Source: Octopus bimaculoides (taxonomy: Eukaryota). From it: a stretch of 63,831 nucleotides of DNA. The stretch lies in contig NC_068985.1 in assembly GCF_001194135.2 (NCBI RefSeq), positions 121,533,551 through 121,597,381 on the forward strand, in the 5' to 3' direction. The notes below the pieces were generated by a model. It made no database searches. It had not been told where the DNA came from and worked only from the letters and a program-made list of their open reading frames with translations. Positions 38,288-52,175 of this stretch are shown here, one piece after another. Both the position numbers and the translations under genes were made by a program. Positions within the stretch are counted from its first letter, which is position 1. Every line of letters starts with the position of its first letter.

Positions 38288-38985
38288 CATCATCATCATC
38301 ATCGTTTAACGTCCGCTTTCCATGCTAGCANNNNNNNNNNNNNNNNNNNNNNNNNNNNNNNNNNNNNNNNNNNNNNNNNNNNNNNNNNNNNNNNNNNNNN
38401 NNNNNNNNNNNNNNNNNNNNNNNNNNNNNNNNNNNNNNNNNNNNNNNNNNNNNNNNNNNNNNNNNNNNNNNNNNNNNNNNNNNNNNNNNNNNNNNNNNNN
38501 NNNNNNNNNNNNNNNNNNNNNNNNNNNNNNNNNNNNNNNNNNNNNNNNNNNNNNNNNNNNNNNNNNNNNNNNNNNNNNNNNNNNNNNNNNNNNNNNNNNN
38601 NNNNNNNNNNNNNNNNNNNNNNNNNNNNNNNNNNNNNNNNNNNNNNNNNNNNNNNNNNNNNNNNNNNNNNNNNNNNNNNNNNNNNNNNNNNNNNNNNNNN
38701 NNNNNNNNNNNNNNNNNNNNNNNNNNNNNNNNNNNNNNNNNNNNNNNNNNNNNNNNNNNNNNNNNNNNNNNNNNNNNNNNNNNNNNNNNNNNNNNNNNNN
38801 NNNNNNNNNNNNNNNNNNNNNNNNNNNNNNNNNNNNNNNNNNNNNNNNNNNNNNNNNNNNNNNNNNNNNNNNNNNNNNNNNNNNNNNNNNNNNNNNNNNN
38901 NNNNNNNNNNNNNNNNNNNNNNNNNNNNNNNNNNNNNNNNNNNNNNNNNNNNCATTACACATCCAGCGGAGCATACTGGCTTCAT
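38288..38985 (-). mobile_element. 5'-truncated RTE LINE spanning an assembly gap
   Basis: Left edge is the (GAT)n tail; right edge encodes RNEASMLRWMCN, homologous to 21491-21523. Confidence 0.75.
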
Positions 38986-39394
38986 TCCTTGCGAGCTTAT
39001 ATTATATTCTATTATTTGCTAGGGTTTTATATTTTTGATTTTGCTCTGTGTATGCACAAATTTTTCGTAGATGGAGTGTAAGTCCATTGTAGATTCTCCA
39101 AGAACTGATTTATGACTGCAAATGCAGGGGGAAAGAAGAAAAAAAAAAAGAGAAAAAGTGATAAAATAAAATTTTAGAAAATCATGCAATAACTGGGTGT
39201 GTGTATATGAAATAGATATGTAAAAAAATGTATGCAGACATTTTTTCTTTCTTTCTTCTTTAGCCTTGTTATCAAAAATATACCGTTTTATATATATATC
39301 AAAAAGGAAAACTATAACCGTCATTAAATATGACTGAGGGTGTTAGTTATAGTTTTCCTTTGACAGATTTTATGCACGTGTGTGTGTGTGTATA

Positions 39395-40432
39395 CAGGGT
39401 GTCCTAAAATTAAGGCAACCAATATTTTTCAACTTTGTCAAAAGCAAAATATTGTTATATTTTAGGTCCAAGTGTTGCAATGCAATGGTAAAGGAAATAC
39501 AATTATGACACTACCACATTTATTCTTTATGACTACCTCTGTTTCAAATCACAGCCTTAAATCTAGGTGTGAATGCTTCATGCATGGCATGCAGCTGTTC
39601 TTGCAGAATCGAAGTGCATCCCTTATGCAGTTTTGCCTTCAGAGTGTTGAGCAAAGCATGAGGAGTGCTCAAGACCCTCATCTCCAAAATAAACTAAACA
39701 GAAAAATCCAACAGGTTGAGATCGGGGCTTCTTTAGGGCCATATATCCTTGCCTATGAATGATGGAATGTTTTTCAGAATCCAGTGTTGTGTCTGTTTGG
39801 TGCTGAGTCCTGAAGGAGGCTCCAAGGTGTGCCTTGAAAGTACTCATTCACCCATGGAAGTAGTTCAGTTTCCAGAATGCCACCAACATATTGCTGGGTG
39901 TTAATTTTAACACCCGAAGACACAAAAACGATGGGGAGACCTTCCAGTAGCTGCCCAAACCATAACTGACTGTGGATTTTAACATTGATTTACGAGTCTA
40001 CTTTCAATGGAGCCAGATACATTCACGAGTTAGTCATTCTGGTGGTTTACTGTCTGTTTGATATCAAATCTCTTTTTGTCAGTGAACACCAGGTTGGGGA
40101 GCATACCTTCAGCAATCTGACACAGAATAGGAAACTTCTGTCTAGTTTCATGGCCTTATAAACATGTGTGAGCTCATCATGGTGGATCAACTTGTGGGTC
40201 CCGAGATCCTTCTTCAACACTCGATACATCGATGTTCAGTTTACTTTTGCTGTGGTAGCCAGTTTTCTGATGGAATGATGAGGATTTTGCTATATGATTT
40301 CTTTGGTACTTTTGATAAGCTGAGGGGTCCATACACTTCTTTTTCAGTCATGTCCAGGTTGATCAGTGGTGGAACCAGTCTCTTGAAATTTCTTGACAAT
40401 TTTCTAGACTGTTGTTCGGTTAATTTTAAGCT
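39395..40432 (-). mobile_element. Second maT-like transposon family, decayed, 5' end missing
   Basis: TA-CAGGGTGTCC TIR at 39393-39404; minus-strand MYRVLKKDLG, SVMVWAA, GVKINTQQY, QDSAP and SPDLNLLDFSV fragments. Confidence 0.75.
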
Positions 40433-40961
40433 TTCATTTGCAGGGAAGGTAATGGCCTCAGTTTTTTGGGATCCAAAAGGCATTGTGTTTATCGGCTATC
40501 TTCAAAAGAACCACACCATCAATGAGGAGTACTATGCCAACTTGCTGAGGCAGTTACGAAAGGCTATCAAGACCAAACATCCAGAAAACTGATGAAAGGG
40601 GTCTTGTTTCATCAGGACAAGGCTCGGTACACAAGTCCTGGCTTCCAATGGCTGCTGTGACTTTGATCTGGTGGATCACGCTCTTTATTTTCTTGATCTG
40701 GCTCCATCTGACTATCATCTGCTGCCCAACATGAAAAAACACTTGGCTGGGAGACAGTATCAGTGATGATGACATCATATCTGCTGCTGAGGACTTTTTT
40801 GACCAGCAGGATGAAAGCTTCTTCACCAATGGGCTCCAAACACTGCCTAACTGATGGAAGAAGTGTGTGGACCACAAGGGGGACTATGTTGAAAAATAAA
40901 CATTATTTGGTCACATTCTATGAGATTGCCTTGGTTAGAAGGTGAACTTTTCAGTTGACTC

Positions 40962-40963
<2 letters not shown>
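40433..40963 (+). mobile_element. mariner (Himar1/irritans-like) 3' half
   Basis: AGKVMASVFWD.KGIVFI.YL...TIN.EYY; HQD; DLAPSDYHLLPNMKKHL; WKKCV...GDYVEK*; right TIR remnant GTGAACTTTTCAG. Confidence 0.85.
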
Positions 40964-41026
<63 letters not shown>

Positions 41027-41421
41027 CTCGCACACATGCACATACATGTATGCCAGCATGAAAAACAGACATTAAATGGTGGTGATGATATATAATAATT
41101 CTGGTTCATTCAGTCTCATACTCCTCTGATTTTCAACTCTGAGTACATAGGACCTTCAGGCAAGTTATAATACTAGATGTGTACATATCCATGTCATATA
41201 CACACACACACATTGTAAAATATATGCAAATATATATTTCAATATACTGCAAACATTATCTGATATAGAACATAATACACTTGGTGGAGTGGATAGATAT
41301 ACGCATTTATTACATCAACAACTAACAGTCTACTCTGATTTTTACCTTAGTCAGATACAAATCATGACTGTCAGATTGTCATAATCAACTAAATATGATA
41401 CTTAGAGTAGATTGCCATTTG

Positions 41422-41487
<66 letters not shown>

Positions 41488-44400
41488 TGTTGGTATTTTA
41501 CTTTTCTGTAACTGTCTGCACAAAACAAGCATGTAACAGAAAATTTAATTTACAAAATGAAAAAAAAAATATTAGTGACAGCAATAATAATAGTAATAAT
41601 AAGGATAATAATAACCAGTATTAGACATTTCAATTCATTTTGTTTATTTTTCATGTGTTTTTACTTTGAAGTTTTCAGGTNNNNNNNNNNNNNNNNNNNN
41701 NNNNNNNNNNNNNNNNNNNNNNNNNNNNNNNNNNNNNNNNNNNNNNNNNNNNNNNNNNNNNNNNNNNNNNNNNNNNNNNNNNNNNNNNNNNNNNNNNNNN
41801 NNNNNNNNNNNNNNNNNNNNNNNNNNNNNNNNNNNNNNNNNNNNNNNNNNNNNNNNNNNNNNNNNNNNNNNNNNNNNNNNNNNNNNNNNNNNNNNNNNNN
41901 NNNNNNNNNNNNNNNNNNNNNNNNNNNNNNNNNNNNNNNNNNNNNNNNNNNNNNNNNNNNNNNNNNNNNNNNNNNNNNNNNNNNNNNNNNNNNNNNNNNN
42001 NNNNNNNNNNNNNNNNNNNNNNNNNNNNNNNNNNNNNNNNNNNNNNNNNNNNNNNNNNNNNNNNNNNNNNNNNNNNNNNNNNNNNNNNNNNNNNNNNNNN
42101 NNNNNNNNNNNNNNNNNNNNNNNNNNNNNNNNNNNNNNNNNNNNNNNNNNNNNNNNNNNNNNNNNNNNNNNNNNNNNNNNNNNNNNNNATATATATATAT
42201 ATATATATAAGTAGCTGAACTGCTAATTTTACAGAACTCAAATGAAAAAAGAAACAAATTTTTACGTAAACTGAACTTTGATTCAATAATGATTTCTTGC
42301 ATAGACACAAGGCAATAAACTTATAAGGGAGGGCAATGGGAATGTGTGACGTTCATACCTTTCTTAAAGGTATTAGCATAGTGTAACAGAACACCATTGA
42401 TTTGCCTTCAGCCAGACTGATAAGGAATTGAAACCCAAATGACGGGATTCAAATTATCATGACTGGAAGTTTATTTATTGGGTTCTACAATGCTCAACAC
42501 AGTAGTTTTAATACTATAATGGAATTGATATTTTTTTTTACATTAATATATAATAACATTAATATTATATAATAATAATATATTATTATATAAACTGTAC
42601 AAATACATATGTGTGTATAATACATGTATATACATCTATATACGTGTATGTAATATATATATAAACACACACACAAATATACTTCCATACACATATATAC
42701 ATACATGCATAGACACCTACAAACATATATGTATGTGTGTGTGTGTGTGTATATGTATATATGTATGTATTTATACACACACAAATATACACACATACAC
42801 GTTCAAATTTGAACAGCAGTCTCTTCACAACCAGAAGTCAGGTAATTTTAATGTTGCTATACTACGAAAATTGGAATTTTTTTTTTTTTCATTTATTGTT
42901 TTTGCGTATATATTTTTTTATAAAACAAAAGTCTTTTAGCAGTAAAAAAAATGCTAAAAGAAAAATTTATAAAATAAAAAATAGTTCTCTGTTTTTTTTT
43001 TTTAAACATGGGCGGTGAACATTACGATTATTTTTTTCCTTTTTTTATACAATTTCTTTTTGTTATTTGTCTTTGTCAGTTCAGTTTGACTACTATTTAA
43101 ACTGAATACTAATGTGTGGGAGAGAGGGAGAGAGAGAGTAGGAGAGAAAAAGAGAACAGATTGTGAGAGAGGGAGTTGGGTTGGGGAGAGAAATGTCCAA
43201 TCTAAAGGCATGTGTTTTAAGTGTTGCTTGAAGTTTTTAAAAATCACAACCAATGGCCAGAGAAGCAAATTCTTTCTACAACAAAAAAAAAAAGGTAAAA
43301 TAAAAACTGTCATTGAGAGCAAAAAATAGTGTTGTTGTTGTTGTTGTTGTTGTTGTTAGGAGATTGGGTTTTGCTTTGATCTTTTTTGGAGGGTGGGTAT
43401 ATATTTTATGGTAATTTTATTTTTATTTCTTGTTCCTTTTCATTTTAATATATATTTTCTGCATGAAAAACAATAATTGTTAGTTNNNNNNNNNNAACAA
43501 TAATTGTTAGTTTTTTTTTTTTTTTCTTTAAGACATTCACAACCCGTTTGGAGAGAGAGAGAGTGAGAGAGAGGAGAAAGACCGAGAGAGGAGGAAAGAG
43601 AGAGAGAAAGAGAGAAAAAAAAACGATGAGATTGACAGATAAGCTAAATAAAACATTCTGAGAGATGCTAAAAAGTTTAATTTAACAAAAAATAGATCCC
43701 TTCAGTCACACACACAGACACTTATGTGCTCGCAACTTTCCAGACTTACATGTTGGGTGGTCTCCTTAGATGAGAAGCATCAACCAAAATTGGTGCTGAA
43801 AATAAGGTAAACACAACCAGGCTAAATTCATATGCTTCATTCTTACCTTTATCATATTGCTCAAGATTCAGTATTCACATTTCCCCCACTAAATACATCT
43901 AAAACTTCCCCTTCACACATTGGGTCCATGATATTACTGCAAATAACATACACACAGGAGTTGACTAAGTTAATTCTGTCTGAAGGCAAAGACAACAAAC
44001 CTGATTCTGTGTCAAGGTTAAATTAATATCTCTATGCAAATGATAAGATAAAAAAAAGGGGGCAAAATATGAAATACAACTCAAGTTGACATTTTCCTTT
44101 CATCATGTACTGTTAAGCATTTCTACTTTATGCAACAATAAATATATAACAGCTCTCTCTTTCCTATCATTCTAACGATATATGCACACATACATAGCGT
44201 GTGTGTGTGCATATTTTATATATATATATATATATAAATACACATATATATATAAATGTATATAAATATACATATATATACTTACATATCTACTGCTTTG
44301 TAACTTAGTGTGTGCTTCTTTTTCAGATTTATGGTGTACTGACGATATATGTATATATATTTATATATATATATATACATATATGTGGAGAATAATTATA

Positions 44401-44923
44401 AACTGCGGTTTAAACAATAAATTACCTGCCTCTGGATACCCTCTAACGAAGACGGTACCCACACAAGTAATTCTCAGGAGTGCTTCCGGATTTAAACATC
44501 CCCTGGTTGCTTGGATATTTCAGACTACCCCTGAAAAATTGAAGCAATCCTATCATTTACCTATATATGTACATATACACACATACATACAAGCACAACC
44601 GTAGCTATGTGCTAAGAAGCTGCCTTCCCAACCACATGGTTTGGAGTTCAGTTTCACTGCATGGCACCTTGGGCAAGTGTCTTCTAATATAGCTTCAGGC
44701 TGACCAAAGACTTGTGAGTGGATTTGGTAGACGGAAACTGAAAGAAGCTCGTTATATACAAGAATAAAAGAATATATATATATATATATATATATATTAT
44801 ACCATAATATAGATATATTGTGTATATATACATATATATATAAAGTGTTTGTAAATATATATATATCTATATAGATGTACTGTGTGTATGTATATCTATC
44901 TATCTAGATATATACGTATATAT

Positions 44924-45082
44924 GCAGGAGTGGCTGTGTGGTAAGAAGCTTGCTTCCCAACCACATGGTTCCAGGTTCAGTCCTACTGTGTGGCAACTTG
45001 GGCAAATATCTTCTACTATAGCCTTGAGCCAACCAAAGCCTTGTGAGTAGATTTGGTAGATGGAAACTGAAAGAAGCCTGTC

Positions 45083-45119
<37 letters not shown>

Positions 45120-45344
45120 TATTTGCGTATTTGTGTTTGCTCCCCCCCCCACACACACACACACACCATCGCTTGACAACCGATGTTGAAATGTTTTCAT
45201 CTCCATAACTTAGCAGTTTGGCAAAACAGACCAATAGAATAAGTAAAAGGCTTACAAAAAATAAGTCCTGGGGTCACTTTGTTCAACTAAAGCCGGTGCT
45301 CCAGCATGGTGGCAGTCAAATGACTGAAACAAGTAAAAGAATAA
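44924..45344 (+). mobile_element. tRNA-derived SINE family 1, best-preserved copy (CORE-like segment, internal microsatellite)
   Basis: A-box-like TGGCTGTGTGG; B-box-like GGTTCAGTCC; GGCAACTTGGGCAAAT; ends GAAACAAGTAAAAGAATAA. A head-only copy lies at ~44595-44770. Correspondence to published octopus OK/OR1/OR2 SINEs not verified. Confidence 0.8.
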
Positions 45345-45357
45345 TATATATATACAG

Positions 45358-45390
<33 letters not shown>

Positions 45391-45428
45391 CATACACACA
45401 CACACACGTATATATATATATATATATA

Positions 45429-46290
45429 CAGGTTGCGTAAACTATTTGAGGACAGATTTGTGTTTATAGAAAGCAAATATATAATAACAGATAACTTTAT
45501 TAATCAAAAAATGCTATGAGGATAAAAATAAACCTTCTTTTCTATAATGTTATTTAATAAAGCCATCTCCAACTTCAACGACTGCTTCTATATGAGATCT
45601 AAATCATCTCCATGCTCGAATCAAGTGGTCTTGGTTCATTTTGGACATTACTCAGACTATGGCAACTTCCAAAAAATCTTTGGCGTTATAGGCCTGTTCA
45701 TTGACCTCTCTCTCAACAACGCTCCACATGTAAAATAGTCCAATGGATTGAGATCTGGGGAATTAGGAGGCCAAATGTTAAGGGTTATGTGATCATGAAA
45801 ATTTTCAGCCATCCATTCCTGTGTTACTAGAGTCATGTATAATAGTGCAGAATCTTACTGAAACACATACGGTCTTCCATTGCATACACTGTCTATCCAG
45901 GGCTTAACAATTATTTCCAGGACCTCGATGTAGGCGGCAGATTTAACTCTAAGGCCTTGTGGAAAGTAAGGAGGCATCACATGTCCTTCATTGCTGACAA
46001 CCGCTAAAACTAGGACAGTTGCAGGAAATTTTGTATGCATAACATTTGGAACTTCAGAAGGGACACTACATAACCATCAGTCAATTCTTCTATTAGCTTT
46101 CTGATCTTGGTCAAAGCTTTTCTTGTTTGAGAAAAACCAAATCAAATCTTCTGCTGAATTTTTCAGTTTGTTTAAGACTCTTTTAGATCTGATGTAGTGA
46201 TTTTCTTTTGCTTTTTCTGACAAATTGACTTTTCTTTATCATATAAGACTTATATTTGATGTCTTCATGGGCAACATTTCTGACTGTTCC
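45429..46290 (-). mobile_element. DD37D (maT-type) transposon, copy 2; 5' part in gap
   Basis: TA then right TIR CAGGTTGCGTAAACTATTTGAGGACA (45429-45454). 37 residues separate the D of Q*DSA and the D of PDLNPLDY; first catalytic D reads N (FSNKKSF). Confidence 0.92.
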
Positions 46291-47353
46291 NNNNNNNNNN
46301 NNNNNNNNNNNNNNNNNNNNNNNNNNNNNNNNNNNNNNNNNNNNNNNNNNNNNNNNNNNNNNNNNNNNNNNNNNNNNNNNNNNNNNNNNNNNNNNNNNNN
46401 NNNNNNNNNNNNNNNNNNNNNNNNNNNNNNNNNNNNNNNNNNNNNNNNNNNNNNNNNNNNNNNNNNNNNNNNNNNNNNNNNNNNNNNNNNNNNNNNNNNN
46501 NNNNNNNNNNNNNNNNNNNNNNNNNNNNNNNNNNNNNNNNNNNNNNNNNNNNNNNNNNNNNNNNNNNNNNNNNNNNNNNNNNNNNNNNNNNNNNNNNNNN
46601 NNNNNNNNNNNNNNNNNNNNNNNNNNNNNNNNNNNNNNNNNNNNNNNNNNNNNNNNNNNNNNNNNNNNNNNNNNNNNNNNNNNNNNNNNNNNNNNNNNNN
46701 NNNNNNNNNNNNNNNNNNNNNNNNNNNNNNNNNNNNNNNNNNNNNNNNNNNNNNNNNNNNNNNNNNNNNNNNNNNNNNNNNNNNNNNNNNNNNNNNNNNN
46801 NNNNNNNNNNNNNNNNNNNNNNNNNATATATATATATATATATATATATATAAAGGTGTACTAAATACCATATAACATGAAGTCCTGATTTAATGAAATT
46901 GTCTTCACTTTGTGAGTAAAGTAAACTAATGCTTATGGAGCAACAGTGATTGACTCCAATTGAGAATGGAAAAAAATCACAAGAATCAATTATTCTCTAG
47001 AACTGACATGCCATTAAGGAAAACAGTCAGATTTTCTGGAAACAAGAGGATAGCTATGTACATGTGTTTCTGCCTCAATCAGGCATAAACAGTATAACAG
47101 TTGTCCTACCTTGACTCCAACATACATAAAACTTAGACATTTGCAAAAGAAGTAGAGAACCTTTATGGCCGATGGTCAGAGTAATTAGGGTGTAGGATGT
47201 ACCATAGGTTATATCTTATACTCTATATTGCCTTCCAGATGTAACATCTTGCAAACTGTTAATTATAAGTGATCTTTGAAATATAAGATAACTCCCACTA
47301 CCTTCAAATATACTGAGTACTTCTTTTGATTTACAAACACCTTAGCTGCATGT

Positions 47354-47355
47354 AT

Positions 47356-47398
<43 letters not shown>
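47354..47398. repeat. (TAC)n microsatellite
   Basis: Direct inspection. Confidence 0.95.
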
Positions 47399-47399
<1 letters not shown>

Positions 47400-47418
47400 T
47401 GTGTGTGTAGGGGGGGGT

Positions 47419-47620
47419 GATCATCTTTTAACATCCATTTTGCATACTGGCATGGGTTGGATGATTCTACCAGAGCTGGGAAGCTGCACCAGGATTCAGT
47501 CTGATTTGCCTTGATTTTTACAGCTGGATGTACTTCCTAATGCCAACCACTTTACAGCATGTGCTGGGCAATTTTACAAATGTGGCATCAGCACGAGTTC
47601 TTTTATGTGGCACCAAGTCA
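47419..47620 (-). mobile_element. RTE-type 3' tail copy
   Basis: GGCATGGGTTGG...ACAGCTGGATGTACTTCCTAATGCCAACCAC homology. Confidence 0.75.
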
Positions 47621-48059
47621 AGTGCTACACACACACGATTATGCATGTTATACAAGAAACATTCATTGTGTGATTGCCCAACCAGATTCCTGAATATTCC
47701 AGGCGATTTGACTGTCCAGTGCTTTTTCATTTTCAAGACCTGTTAGACATATTGCAATATTATGTTTTGTCAGGAACAATGGTTGTAACAAATCTCTAAG
47801 TATCATACAATACCAACTAGCAGGGGCCCCAGAAAGGAAAAGTTTAATTGCCCTTTCTCTACAATCAAATTGTAGCTCTATGTAAGGTACAAAACTTTGC
47901 CAGACTCAATCTACTTTGTATTTCATGAGTGGTCAATGGTAGGAAGGGGATAGATAAGCAGATGTAGAATTGGTTGATTTAACAAGTAGTTGCAAAAGTT
48001 AAAATTAATTCATATATTAAAATTAACAGTGGTGCTTAATAGTTGTTTCTCTTTTAATA

Positions 48060-48470
48060 AGAATAATTTCTTCCATACAGCACAAGAACAGAAATTTGGA
48101 GATGCAAGGTTGTCAATTACATGAATACCTGTTCTTGACAGATATTTATTTTATCAACCCCAAAAGGATGAAATGCAAAACCAACCTCAGTGGAATTTGA
48201 ACTCAGAAAGAAATACACAAGGCATTTTGTCTGATGTTCTAATGAAGGATTCTGCCAATCCGCCATCTTTTTAATAATAATTTCTTACATAAGCATGAGG
48301 CCAGAAATTTAGAGAACAACTGATTAAATTAACCAAGTACTATGGAAAGATGAAAAACACATATGGTCTTGGCATGATTTAAACTCAGAACATTCATCTG
48401 GAACAAATATCGCAAAGCATTCTGTCTAAAGCTCTAATAATTCTGCCAATCCACTACCAATAATCAAGGT
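48060..48470 (-). mobile_element. Two tandem decayed SINE family 2 copies
   Basis: Two ...AACTCAGAA...TTCTGCCAATCC heads separated by (AAT)n. Confidence 0.65.
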
Positions 48471-48889
48471 GATTGAGCATTTACAACAGAACAATTGAAG
48501 TCCTGTAGATGTATGCCCAACTAAATAGATCTTTATTAAAAAACAAAAAAGATGGCTTTGGATAATATGTGCCAACAATGATTAAAAGTAGGCTTTAGAT
48601 TTGGTTTCACATTATTTGCTCATCAACATTTTGGAAAGCCATGAATTTGAGGATTTCCTGATGAACACCTATAAAAAGAATAATGAAGAAATGGCGGACA
48701 GCTCTTCCAGTTCTCCAATACCAAGACATTAAGGTCCACTCTCATAGGAATATCTTATGGGATATTCTAAAGTGACAATACATCTAGTGATTCACTTTAT
48801 TTGTTGTCCTAGAGTTGACTAAGAAAATACAAACAAACATACACCATTTGTGTGTGTATTTGTGTCTGTGGGCATGCACATGTGTATGT

Positions 48890-50345
48890 ACAACCTTTAC
48901 AAGTATCTTGGACAAAATGAGAAAATCAGGTATGATAAGCTATTAACAAGGCGAGAACAAGAAATAAATGCCTCAAGAGATTAAGAAAATATAGTTATCA
49001 AAATGCTCAGCCTCCAAGTATATTGCTCATAACACCTTGGTAGTGCACATCCTATCACCTACATCTGTCTTCTGATTGATTGCTACAAGAATGTAATAAG
49101 GTATAAGAACTCAGAAACTACTCAGTTTTACTGAAAATTTCAAAACCAATGAGGATGTGGAGATACTTCCTATGCAAATAGGGTAGCTGCTACTTTCTGT
49201 CTATGTAAGAGTTGGATTATAACATTAAAGTAACATCTCTGACAGAAAAAAAAAAACAAAAAAAAAAACAAACTGAGCCACTATCTCATTCAAGTTTTTA
49301 AGTGGTGTAGGTGCTGGTTCCATGTAAAAGGCACCCATCACACTCTGTGAAGTGACTAGCATTAGGAAGGACATCCAGCCACAGAAACCAAGCCAAAACA
49401 GACTATAGAATCCTGGTGAAGCCTCTGGCTTTGTCAGTTTCTGTCAAGCTGTCCAACCCATGCCAGCATGGAAAACAGACATTAAATGATGGTGATGATG
49501 CATAAAAATAAAACATCATTAGGTTAGCTAATGAACTTGAGGGAAGACATGAAATATAGGCTGGCAATGACTTCTCTTCAAAGAACATTGGAAAACCCCT
49601 ACCTTTTTTATAAGATTTTTCTGTAAAATAAAAACAAAACAGACCAGTACACTGAAAAAGTTATACATGGATACTTGAAATGAAAAACACAGACTGTACT
49701 TAGAATATATTAGACTAAAAGCCTAGAAAATAGTATCAAGAAGTTTCTAACATCTCACAAGAAGCAAGAAATCCCCAATAAGTACCTTCATCACAAAAGG
49801 CAGAAAACAGCTAACAACAAATTAAGCTATGCAAACCCTTAACTAAAGACTCTTGCCAATTGCAAAAAAATGCCCTCAAGATATTGCCTTTCATGAAATA
49901 GTCAGAGCAATCTAGAAGACTAAAATAGAGAAAAATAATCAATAAAAATGAAAACACTGAGACCAATAGAACAAAAGAATATTGGCGAGACCTAAAAATA
50001 ATAATAATTAAACTCAAAAACAACCAAAGCTGATATTGTTGTTTGAGATCACAAAATAAAAACATGTTCAGCTGTGGAAGTCACTTGCCCACTTGATATC
50101 AATAATGCAAAGAAAGACAACTATGAATCACTGATGAGGAGTTTGAAATCCAATGCCCAAAATACACTTTTTGCTTTATGCCATTTATTATTGGAGCAAT
50201 AGGATGTGTACCAAGCCCAACTGGATCAAACTTTTGTTAAATTTAGATTTTTGGAGAAAGAATACAGCTCAATAATTCATATGCTACAGAAGATGATGAT
50301 ATCTGGGAAAATAAAAATCTGAAAGAACTTCTTCAAATGTAATGG
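48890..50345 (+). mobile_element. Second R4/Dong-clade LINE remnant, interrupted by an RTE-tail copy (49310-49500)
   Basis: YKYLGQNEKI (48900), QEIPNKYL (49760), DIVV*DHKIKTCSAVEVTCPLDIN...FIIGAIG (50030-50210). Confidence 0.7.
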
Positions 50346-52175
50346 ATGAAAGGATTGAGAAAGTATTATAAACCGAACAAGATTCACCTTATTTTAATAT
50401 CCTTTTTCTTTTTTTCCAGTCAAGAAGAGAGGTAATACAAACAATAAAAACCAACAGTTTATGAATTAAAGTAATATATTGCAAACAAAGAGATCGTACA
50501 AATAAAGAAAGTATGATCCACCACTGGAGAAAATAATGAAACTCAACAAAGTAGAAGAAAAACTTAAAAGTGGCTATTCATTAAAAATTTAAGATTATCT
50601 CCAAATACAAACCCTTTATTATTCTCCTTCCAGTAACTAATCTAGAATTGGTCCTTTGGCCACTACTAAGAAATCTACCATCAAATATTTTATGGCTGAG
50701 AAATTATCTTGATGTTTCTCCGTTGCAAACCTTTCTGTTGCATTCACTTTTCATGTATTTCATGGGATGTCAAAATTTTCATCACAAATCATGAAATAAA
50801 AAGACAACTGAATTTAACAGTCTTGCTAAATTTAAGGACAAGATTGTTGACTTTTACTGATTCAGCCTAGCTCTACATGGCTGATCAACTTGATAGAAAC
50901 AGCAGTGAACTAGCCTTAAATTATTCCATCACATCTTAAAAATGAAGGATACACTGGATATGTTACTGGCTGCATGATATCCTGAAGGAATGAAAAATGA
51001 GACAATCATTAACCCTTAGATGTTCTCAAACAGGGCTAACCTAGGGCTAAACAACAACACAATGTATGCAAAAGCAAAAGTATTGTACACATAACAAAGC
51101 AAGTTAACCAATACATCATACAAATCATACAGCAGCCCCTGCCCTTTCGTTATCAATTCTTTCACTATCTGCAAAAACTAAATTCCTATTCAACATGACA
51201 ACAGCGAATACTTTTATCAAGCATTAGTAGTAATTATTATCACAGTAACAAACTGGAACAGCTTAGGAACTGGCTTCAAGAATTCTTTATATAATAGTCA
51301 GTCAAATCGTATTGCCATAATAACACTGTAACTAGAGATAGAAGAGTGATAAAGCCACTCCCTCCTCTTATTATATACATCCCTATTGATTCAGAAATTC
51401 CCAGTTGTTTTTTTACCAGAAATGGCACTTGCTGTTTTTATAGTTGCTAGAGAATAAAAAAAATAAGTGGTAAGTGAAATGTTACCATAAACAAAGAATT
51501 CATCTGGTTATTTCCTTAAATGTCCTAGAAACATATTTTTTTAATCTTAAACCCCAAAATATTAATAACAACTAAAATTGGTTTCATTCACTGAACATGA
51601 TATATGTATGTATGTATGTATGTATGTGTGTGTGTGAGAGGGAGAAAGAGAGAGAAAGTGTGTGACATGTGAAATATACTACAATATTTCTTTCAACTCT
51701 GCTTTCAGGGTTCAAATACTATCAGGGTCAACATTGCCTTTCATTTTCAGGGGCAATGAAAAGCTATCAGTCAAGTGCTGTTGTAGTCCTCTCTCCCTCC
51801 AGCTATAACATTCTGAATGTTCAGGTGAGTCAAAGTAGTTGGAGCCAAGTAGTTTGTGTCTCTTTATGACAACATAAGTACCTAAAGCAATCAGTGAAAA
51901 CATGGCACCTGCTACCAATTTATTCTTGATTTTGAATTATAGATATAGTTTATGATGCACACAGACACACACATGTGTGCACATGCAAACTCAGCAATAA
52001 AACACATACATGCTCCACAGGGTACAACATAATTAGTTTTAGCAAGTTATTTTCCACAGTAAGTGCTCAATGAATTATAGTAAAACTATGAAAAGTGTAG
52101 GGATGAAACTAATACACTCATATATACACACACAAACCCATATAAACCCCTTATTTGTATATATATTCATATACA

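Noticed and set aside
43469-43512. 17-bp direct repeat AACAATAATTGTTAGTT around a 10-N gap
   Set aside because: Typical unmerged contig overlap, not a TSD.
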